Assembly (NCBI GenBank): GCA_051362555.1
Contig: CM120649.1
Coordinates: 10,106,001 to 10,170,000, forward strand
DNA from: Lingula anatina
Lineage: Eukaryota > Animalia > Brachiopoda
Direction of reading: 5' to 3'
Length of the DNA: 64,000 nt
A program made the position numbers and the translations under genes. This document shows, in pieces, positions 24,785 to 35,400 of this stretch. Under the pieces are notes generated by a model, which worked only from the letters and a program-made list of their open reading frames with translations, was not told the origin of the DNA and did no database searches. Each line of letters starts with the position of its first letter. Position 1 is the stretch's first letter.

Positions 24785-27700
24785 CTGGTGTAACATGAAA
24801 ATTGACTCCCCCAGTCAGATTTTCATAATGAAAATCTGACTCCCCATGAAAATTTGACTCCCCCACCACAAATGTTCATAAATCTTATTTTATTCGAGTA
24901 TATGACTGTGATTTTGTAGTATGTAAAATGGAGGATACTTTGGCACTTTTTTTTTAAGTTTGCAGGTGAATATTTTCATGAAAAAAATATGAAAATTAAA
25001 AATGTGCACTTAACCGCCCATTGTCTCCCCTTTGAAAAAGCTATTTATTTGATATTGGATGATCATTTCTACATCTTTTCTTTAAATTTACTTTATGAAG
25101 ATTATTTTGGAAATATTTGAAAGTTTGATGGTAAACTATTGGGTGAAAAAACTAAAAAAAAAAACATGAAAAATAGAAAATTAAAAATGTGCATTTTATC
25201 ACCCAATAACTCCCCTATGAAAAAGCTATTTATTTGATATTTGATGATCATTCTGACATCTTTTCTATTAGGATACTTTATGAAAAATATATTGGAAATA
25301 TTTATGATAAAATAGTGAGTGAAAGAATGAAAAATAAATCATGAAAATCTCCATAAAGAAAAGGACCTATTTTATATTCAGTCACCATACCATTGTTTTC
25401 TACATAGTTTGCACAGAGATGTACATTTTGTTATTATTTGAAAGTTTGGTGGTGAAAATTTTGGTGAATTTTTTTAAAACAAGTATTCATCTTACTACCT
25501 GTAGGTTTTGCACTTCCATGTCAAAATGCTAAATTTTTAACTCAAGAAATTGGCCCCATCGCCTTTTTACTGAATTCTTCTTATATAGCATACCCAGTAT
25601 TTTACCATTCAAACTTTCAAATATTTCCAATATATTCTTCATTAAGTATCCTTAAAGAAAAGATGTCAGAATGATCATCAAATATCAAATAGATAACCTT
25701 TTCATAGGGGAGTCATTGGGTGTTAGAATACAAATCTTTAATTTTTCTTATTTTTCATGTGTTTTTTTATTATTTTTTTCACCCAATTTTTTAACCATCA
25801 AACTTTCAAGTACTTTCAATATATTCCTCATAAAGTATCCTCAAAGAAAAGATGTTAAAGGGTTTGCTTCATGCCGTCAGAATGGCCTGAACGGAACATA
25901 TTCTTCAGAAAACATGCCCAACTAACGATATCTTTATCCAAATACACAAATTAAAAGCTCATTTTGTAAATTTTTGGCTTTAAAAAACGTCCTATTTGCT
26001 CGGCCTGGGAGTTAATGAGCTACGTGGTCACGTGGTCCAATGACGACAATCGAGCCACTGGAGAACAGAGCGTGCTTAGTTGTCAAACTGAGCTGCATTG
26101 TCTACCTGTAAGATGACTTCTCTGGCTTCTGATAAAAGTTTATACTCATTCAAATCTCTTACCCGAGGGGTCTAAATCCTCGTGAAGCTGTGTAAAACCA
26201 TTTCCCGTCTAGTCATTTCTTTAACAAGCATTTCATTATGGTTATCCCAAGTTGTATAAAACACTGCATTTGAATGAGTTAAGGGAAATGTTGATTATTG
26301 CATATGAGGTCCATGTTATTTGTGAAATTCAATTTATTTTATTAAACCGCTGACACTCCGTCTTGCATACTTTTATTAAACTGAGGTAAACAATGCCCGT
26401 TACCTTTACAAGTCCTATCTTAATCATCCATCTACCTGGAACTTCCTTTACCTCTTAATTAGAGGGTTAAATGGCATTCAATTTGTCTTGCTTGTATCGA
26501 ACGCACTCTCTATCTAAGCTTTACTCCAGTTATCTCAGGTAAAAATCTACCTGTGCGTTAGTTACAAAGCGCAGCTCCCGTAGACCTGGGGGTACTAGAT
26601 AAAATCTGAACACCAGGTTTATCGAGGAGCTAGAGAAAGAAAGGAAGAATTTTTCCTGCACAACTTCATAGGAATGTTAACACGGACTTGATCCAGCTTA
26701 GACCTCCAAACTAACAGGGTGACATGGGCAATTTTCACAAACAAATCATAAAACTATATTTCAGTTAACCGCCTTTAAAATAAATATACCGTTCTGGGTA
26801 AATTAAAATAGTTATTAAATCGCAAGAATATTTTTGACTTAAATGATGATTTTATTATTAATGGAAATTAAGCTACTATATGAGATACATTTGCTGTGAT
26901 TACGCTGTCCTTCATGTTTTGCGTAAGTCTACATTTTGCTGTATGTGCTTGTAATCTTTTTAAATATGTGCGTACAATTTTTGCAGGTCTGGTTACCCCC
27001 CTGTTATGTGATGAGAGTATTAATTTGGCAATTAGTTCCTTAGCTTATTTGAATAGAATTGCAGTGTAAAATTTTCAACAAGATGTTGGCGAAATAGCCC
27101 ATTACTCTTTGTAGGTATTTCCCCCGTCAAAGTTTGTCTAAAATTATCTTTCAATCTTTACTCTTTCAAAGACAGTATAAAGTTACCTGACATATTTTCG
27201 TGTAAACTTAATGACAAGCCAAGTGTCTCCAGTTCATTCCGTACTCAATTTTACCCAAGCAAATTTTTTTCTTGAGTAGATCTTTATAGCACGTTGTTAT
27301 AAGCTTACAAATTTGCAAGTTATAAAATAATCAATCTTTTAAATTCTTTAATATTTCAGATGAAATAATCTTCAGAAACAAATCCTCAAAGCATAAACAA
27401 ATTAGGATAACGAACCATTTTATTATAGCAGTTCCCATTTTTTCTTTAATATAACGCTCTTTTTCCTGTTTTTCCTCAACACGTTTTCTTCCACGGAAGC
27501 TTCAAGATACCCTGAGAGCAATTTCTTTTATTAATGTTCGCGACCGTGTTTGAACTTAATTGTTTAAGTATTGATATTTAACGTCATTTACAAATACCAA
27601 TAAAATAACCCCATGAAATAAATGAGATATATTGAAAAATATGAAAGCCCACCAAGACGAGTTTCATACCTGTTATTACCTGGCTTGGGAATTGCAGCGG

Positions 27701-28513
27701 TGCATAATTAACAGGTTTGTTGTAAACGAGCTTTTGGTCAACTACAATGCATTTAAAATGCATCAGCAATCAGTAAGTTTGCCAACTGATGACAGTTAAT
27801 CTGAAAGACTACCAGCTCTTGATATGATCTAAACCACCTGAGGTGACCATGATCTAGAGCATCGCAACTATTGTCACCGAAGTTAGTAAGTAAGTCACGG
27901 AAGACCGTCACAGACAAAGAAAGATTGTCAATGAGAGCTGCAATTTTAGTGAATCCCACGGCAACACACCGAGGCATAACGAAAATTCCTCAACTCCGTT
28001 CAACACAACTTTCCTTAACTTCTCCGTCTGTATGCACCTGCAGCTCAGTTGAGTCTCATAGACCTTTATCGTGATTGTCGTCACAGTACCACGTGACCCA
28101 GATCTGTTGCTTCATTTTTGCATATTGAGGTGAGGTTTACTAAAACGCTTTTTTTCTACTAATAGATTGTTTTTATAATTTTTAAATGGCGGGGATCGAT
28201 TAAAACATACCTCTAGTGTATAGATTGAGTGCTGTATCTTCAAAATTCGAGAAATGGATTTTTACATGAACATTGTCCTTTAAAATGGTCATCAAATGTC
28301 AAATAAATAGCTTTTTCATAGGGGAGTCCTTGGGTGGTAAAATACAAATCTTTAATTTTTTTTTATTTTTTCATGAAAATTTTCACCTGCAGACTAACAA
28401 AAAGTGCCAATGTGTCCTCCATTATGCATACTACAAGATCATAGTTATTTACTCAAATTAAATTATATTTTTGAATGTTTTTTGGGGGGAGTCAGATTTT
28501 CATGGTACACCGG
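24785..28513. mobile_element. Foldback-like TIR element with internal ~190-bp repeats in both orientations
   Basis: CTGGTGTAACATGAAAATTGACTCCCCC vs GGGGGAGTCAGATTTTCATGGTACACCGG. The repeat AAAGCTATTTATTTGATATT..ATGATCATT (25037, 25222) is inverted at 25670 and 28283. No TSD recognised. Confidence 0.7.
25859..28279. mobile_element. Kolobok-like DNA transposon, decayed/non-autonomous
   Basis: TTAA TSD (25855-25858, 28280-28283) interrupts the host repeat GAAAAGATGT.A.AATG.TCATC. Termini AGGGTTTGCTTCATG / CATGAACATTGTCCT; subterminal IRs GGTCACGTGGTCCAATGACGACAATC / GATTGTCGTCACAGTACCACGTGACC. Confidence 0.75.
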
Positions 28514-29426
28514 GCCTCTGAGGCCCAGTTTCAGGGTTTACGTAGGGTTCCATTTCCTTGTGGTTGAGGGTTAAGACAAATAAAACTACCAGACTCAATA
28601 TAAACCCGCTCGATGCTGGAAGTAGAAACTGGGTTATTATTATTATTATTATTATTATTTTATTTATTTTTTTTTTATTTTTTTTATTTTTTTTTTATTA
28701 AGTGTAGTAGTGTAATCTTTAATGACAATAATATGATGGGCACAGCAAATATTATGCTTTGCAAGGAATCCACTATTAGATTATTCTGAGTCATTTAAAA
28801 TGGAATAAAACATTGTATCTAAGGCACTGCTCTCATTAAAAATCCAAATTCCAAAAATCCATTGGAGGTATCTAGTAATCATGGTCTGTGTCCTGAATAC
28901 CCCGTGTTATAATTAACTAGCATTTTGTAAAACAACACCAAAAGGCATATGTGAATACATTCTTCTGTCTATTTTTTCTGCTGTATATAAATGGGACTGA
29001 TAAATATTAGTAGGTTAGATAAGTAGTCCAAATTAACCATCAGTTTAATGAGATAGTTAAAGGCTCTTTTATGGTTGATGAAGTGATTAATTTGTTTTGT
29101 CCATTGGCATGTCAACTTCATTTCTGTTATATAAGTAACTAGTAGAGGTGGATTGCATGTGTTACTGGGGATCCACTCTCCATTGGCGTTTACCTTTAAT
29201 TACAGAATCAACACATCAGTAAATAATGTTTTTGTTTGATAATGTTTTATTTTCGGTATACTTGTTAGTCTTGGTTGTTTGTTAAGGGCCTCTTAAGCAG
29301 TTGCACTCAAAAGAAACTGTTTACAACTCTCTCAGTTTCTATTATAATTTACCCCTTTCAACCATCTTGAATGATATGTATAACTTTTAGCCAATAAATA
29401 TAATATTTTTTCATATATATTTCTAG

Positions 29427-32400
29427 ATGCCTCGCTTGAAAAAACAAAGCATGGCCCAAAGAAGGGCACATCAGAAGAAAAGTATCGAGAGAGGTCGAAA
29501 GAAGGTGCCCAAGGCTGCCACATCTACTATTGTGCCTGCTGCAGCAGGCACGCCCACCTCGGTGGGCTCTGTGAAAAACTGTGAAATTACTGATAGAAGC
29601 AGTGAAATTACTGATAGAAGCAGTGAAATTACTGAGAAAAGCAGTGAAATTACTGATATTACTGAGATTACACAAATTACTGAAAAAAACAGTGAAATTA
29701 CTGAAAAAAACAGTGAAATTACTGAAATCACAGAAAAAAGTGAAAATACTGCAATTACTGAAAACACTGAATTTCCTGAACACACTGAGATTCCAGTTGC
29801 TTCAGATGTTACTGTTCATGCAGCTTATACAGATGCTTCAGATGAGACAGATACTACAGTTGACACAGCCTATCCTGTCAGTTTGAGTGCCACTGATGCC
29901 CCTGGTCATTCAAGTAAGTTTATAATATATTCAGACCATTTTTCACCATCAGATAAGTCTGTAAAATCTAACATGCCAGTCAACCCAAAGCTCTCAACGG
30001 TACCCCACAAATTAAAGAAAAAATCACAACAATCAGTTGTTTTTCCTGAAATTCAAAGAAATCAACCCAATATGGTAACATTAAAAACATCCTTAAAACC
30101 TTTGGAAAAAAGTGTTCAATATTCAAAAATGGGTTCAATGAAGAAGGTACCATTAACAAAACACACTGGTAATACCATTACCTCTGATTCTATTTCATCC
30201 ATTTTTGATAAAACAAATTTGCACAAACCCCATTTGAAAAGACTACATGATGAAATGAAGAGGCAGTTAAAATGGACAGAAGACAAACAACAAAGCAAAA
30301 TTGACGCAGTGAGTAAAACTCTTTTGGATACCTCACTTACGGGAACCAGTAGCACTGACAGAAATCTTTTGAAAAGAGAGAAAAATAAAATCAGGATGCA
30401 ACTTCTTAGATCTGATCCTCATTACAGGAAAGCTGAACAAAATGCTCAAAGAATAACACGTTCTCAGTCCCATGTGAAAAGGAAAATTCAAAAACACAGA
30501 CACTTGAAAAGGTCTGATCCACAGTTCAGGAAGCGCGAACAAGAATCTCAGAGACTAAAACGTTCTCAGGTCGATGAGAAGAACAAAATTTTTAAGTATA
30601 ATCAGTTGAAAAGGGCTGATCCACAGTATAGGAAAAGTGAACAAGAATCTCAGAGACTAAAACGTTCTCAGGTTGATGAGAAGAGCAAATTTTTTAAGTA
30701 TAATCAGTTGAAAAGGGCTGATCCACAGTATAGGAAAAGTGAACAAGAATCTCAGAGACTAAAACGTTCTCAGGTCGATGAGAAGAGCAAAATTTTTAAG
30801 TATAATCAGTTGAAAAGGGCTGATCCACAGTATAGGAAAAGTGAACAAGAATCCCAGAGACTAAAACGTTCTCAGGTCCATGAGAAGAGCAAAATTTTTA
30901 AGTATAATCAGTTGAAAAGGGCTGATCCACAGTATAGGAAAAGTGAACAGAAATCTAAGAGACTTAAACGTTCTCAGGTCGATGAGAAGAGCAAAATTTT
31001 TAAGTACAATCAGTTGAAAAGGGCTGATCCACAGTATAGGAAAAGTGAACAAGAATCTCAGAGACTAAAACGTTCTCAGATCGATGAAAAGAGCAAAATT
31101 TTTAAGTATAATCAGTTGAAAAGGGCTGATCTACAGTATAGGAAAAGTGAACAAGAATCTCAGAGACTAAAACGTTCTCAGGTCGATGAGAAGAGCAAAA
31201 TTTTAAAGCACAAACAGTTGAAAAGGTCTGATCCACAGTTCAGGAAGCGCGAACAAGAATCTCAGAGACTAAAACGTTCTCAGGTCGATGAGAAGAGCAA
31301 AATTTTTAAGTATAATCAGTTGAAAAGGGCTGATCCACAGTATAGGAAAAGTGAACAAGAATCTCAGAGACTAAAACGTTCTCAGGTCGATGAGAAGAGC
31401 AAAATTTTAAAGCACAAACAGTTGAAAAGGGCTGATCCTTATTACAAAGTAACTGAGAGAAGTAAAAAAAGGTTAAAAAGATCTGATCCCGAATTCAGAA
31501 AACATGAAAGAAAATCTGATTCAGTAGCTAAACGTAATAAGAGACAGAATATCAATACCGAGCTTCAACAGTTAATACAACAATTCCACAAAAAAGTTGC
31601 TGAAGGTTGTACTTACACATGTTGTATATGTCAACAACTTTGGTACAGGCATACTGTGATAAATTCAGAGTCTATCATGAATTTAGAAAATAATGCAGTT
31701 AAACATTGCAAAGAAACTGGTGATTTATTTGACAGTAATTGGATATGTTTAACATGCGCTTCTCATTTGAAAAAGAACAAAATTCCTCCATGCGCTATAG
31801 TGAATGGCCTGTCGTTTCCAGAAAAACCCAGCTTTTTGGATTTAAAACCTTTAGAGTGGAGGTTAACTAGCCCAAGGTTAGTTTTCATGAAGCTTCTTCA
31901 AGCTCCACGTGGAAAACAATACAAATTAGAAGGGAATGTTGTAAATATACCAGCAGATATTACATCCACTGTAACAAAGTTACCAAGAACTGAGGCAGAT
32001 AGTTGTACAATTAAAGTTCAGCTCAAAAGAAATGTGAAATTTAAAAATTATGCATATGCTCAGAATGTAAGACCTAACAAAGTACTTGAAGCTGCAGCTT
32101 GGTTAACTGCAAATGGAAAATTATATCAAGAAAAGGGAATAACTGTAGACACAACCTGGAAATTAGAAGAAAATCCCTGCAGCTCTGATACATTTGAACA
32201 AACAAAAAAAGAGCATACAACTATTAATAACTTGAGTGAGGAACAAATACAAAACTTACTGAAAGAATTTGTTTGTGTTGAATGCCCTGCTAATTGTGAA
32301 AACATTCAATTTTCTGAAGAAGGGCACCTTATGGATCAGGATGGTGATTTTGCAGATGAATTCTATGTCATTTTAGACAAGCCTTATAAATATGATCCAT

Positions 32401-35400
32401 CTGTTGATGTTCACAAATTTGTGGCTTCTATTCAAAATGAAAGAAAAAGTACTGGTTCTTCAGAACAGCCACACCTTTTAAGTGTACCTGCATTCAAATC
32501 ACAAGAGAGAGGCAGATCAAAATATCGCAAGAAGATAAATACAATCAGATCTTGTAGTAGAGAACAAATTGAAAAAGTCATTGCTTATAAGCGCCACTAT
32601 ATTCAAAGAAAATATAAGCATTTGAAACTGAGTTATTATGGCTTGTTCAAAAGAAAAAAACAAGGAAGAACATGGTACTCAAGATACTTCAGAACTGTAA
32701 AGAAAATTCGACACAGAGTAAGAAATGTTTTACACTTGCAAAAGGAGTTATCATACTTACAGCAAAGACACATATTACCTACATATTGTGAATCTGAAAA
32801 TGAGGTACAACACCTACGAACTGACAATACTTCATTTCATTTTATGCCTGTAGATGCCTTCTGGCAAGAGAAAATAACTGAGAAACTAAACTTACCATTA
32901 AAGCGTCTACACAATTGGCCTGAAACTGGTAATAATATTCTCTTGACAAATCCTAGGCAGTTGAAGAAAGTTATTGGAGATGGAAATTGTTTTTTTCGAA
33001 GTTTGTCTTTTGCCATCACTGGTTCTGACATGTTGTATGATAATGATCACATTATACTTAGAAACAACATTGTCAGTCATATGAAGCAGCTTGAGTATGC
33101 TTTTGCAAGTAGTATGTTAGGTGATAATGACAGTACCTCAGCAAATTATATAAGACGAACAGGCATGGATAGTGAAAATGTTTGGGGTACTGAAACAGAA
33201 ATTCTTGCTGCAGCACATCTACTACAAACGGACATCTATGTTTACAGCAAGCCTGGTGACTCTTGGAAATGGTTAAAGTATTCAGCTAACTTTCTTGACC
33301 AGAACAATCATTCACATAACACAGCCATTTACCTACAAAATACAAACTCTGATCACTATGATATCGTGCAGAGTGTATGCGACTCATCATTGTCTGCTGA
33401 TAGCATAAACAAGAACTTGCTGCAAACAAAGCAGGTAACACAAGCTAAATCAGATATAAGTAAATATTTACAGGCAAATGATTTTACAGATTGGGATGAA
33501 ATTGATGAGGAAGAAATGAAACCGGGTATAAGAGATACAATGTTAACAGGTAGAGACTTCTTAGAAGACACAGAGAGAGAGAAAATTTACTCTTTTGCAC
33601 CTGGTCAAGAAGGTCATCCACTCAGCATATTTAGAGATGAACACTGTGAGGAACTGGCTTTTCCTGAAATATTTCTTGGTAATGCGCGGCCTGCAAATAA
33701 AAACAGACTTGTCCCTGTACACTACAGTGACATTTGCAAGTCAGAATTAAGACGCATTGACAGAAGAGCAGCAATGTGTGTTGACAACATATTTTTTAAA
33801 GCAAAAAAACTGCAGATGAAAAGATTGATTGGGTCAGCTTCTCTTGCTGTAAGAAAACATAAAACAAGTGGAAAAAAACTCACTGCAGGAGATTTGAAAC
33901 AGTCTGGAGCAATTGAGAAACTTTTACATTTTGATGAAGGTTATACATTCTTAAAAGGAGTACGTGGTTCCCCCCCATATTTTGAGAAAGCAAAAAAAGA
34001 TTTATTTGCAATGATACGTCAGCTAGGAGCAGCAACTTTTTTCTGCAGTTTTTCATCTGCTGAAACAAAATGGAATCATTTACTCAGGACTCTTGGTCAA
34101 TTAGTAGATAATAAACATTACTCAGAATCAGAGCTAGAACAACTAAGCTGGGATGAAAAATGTCGCTTGATTCAGAGTGATCCCATTACTTGTGCACGAC
34201 ATTTTGATTATCAAGTCCAGTGTTTGATACATCACTTTTTGTGCCACAAAGTAGCACCAATAGGTAAAATACAAGATTTTTTTTACCGTGTAGAATTTCA
34301 ACACAGAGGTAGTCCACATATTCACATGCTGCTTTGGATAGAAAATGCACCTATTTATGGTGTCAGTTCTAATGAAGATATCATACAATTTGTTGATAGT
34401 ACAATTTGCTGTAGCAAACCAAATGAAGATGATCCAATGAAAGAACTTGTATCTTATCAGACACACAAACATACAAGGACATGCATAAAGAATTTGAAAA
34501 AATCTTGCAGATTCCATTTTCCTCAGCCTCCTATGAAACAAAGTATAATTCTGAAACCCCTTGAAGACACTTCACAGAAGAAAGAATATGCAAAAGTTTG
34601 GACACAGATTTATAATATTATAAATGACAAAGATTTCAAAGGTGTCAGTCTAACATTTAAAGAATTTTTAAATAAGGTACAAGTCTCAGAAAAAGATTAC
34701 ATTTTGGCAGTGAGATCTACAATCAAAACTGATACTTTGTTCTTAAAAAGACTTCCCTGTGAAATTTGGATAAACAATTATTCTAGGTCATGTTTACAAG
34801 CATGGAGAGCAAATATGGATATTCAGTTTGTTTTAGACATATATGCTTGTGCAACATATATTGTAAATTACATTTCTAAAGGACAAAGAGGCATGTCAGA
34901 TTTACTTTATCAAGCTTGCAAAGAAGCTAGAGAAGGTAACAGTGACATAAAACAGCAAGTCCGTCACATTGGAAACAAATTTCTTAATAATGTTGAAATT
35001 TCTGCTCAAGAAGCTTCCTACATCACTTTACAGTTACCCATGAGAAGAGCATCTCGATCATTTGTATTCATTAACACTACACCCCCTGATGACAGAGTAC
35101 GATTACTTAAGCCACTGGAAGAAATAAAAGAATTAGAAGATGAATCTGACAATATTGAGTCCAGCAATCTTTTGAAACGTTATAGCAGGCGCCTACCTTC
35201 CTTGGACAAAGTTTCCCTTGCAGATTTTGCTGCATATTATGACAACAATTTGAACATTATTGGCGGAGACAAAAAAAGATCTTCTAGAATATTAGATACA
35301 GATGGTATGCCATTGGAAAAGCATGACCTTGAAAATTTTGAGGATGATATTCATGATATTCCATGTGAAACAGACATTATTAAACGAAAAAAAGCAAAAA

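Larger units (their letters stand above)
24212..28570. mobile_element. Non-autonomous piggyBac-like element with nested inserts
   Basis: TTAA-CCCTCAATCAC ... GTGGTTGAGGG-TTAA; subterminal GGGCCTC(TG/GC)AGGCCC motifs at ~24230, 24419 and 28512. Confidence 0.75.

Noticed and set aside
30408-31510. TALE-like repeats (34-aa period)
   Set aside because: Same length only; no LTPxQVVAIAS/GGKQAL signature or RVD-like variable pair, and the unit is 2 x 17 aa basic.
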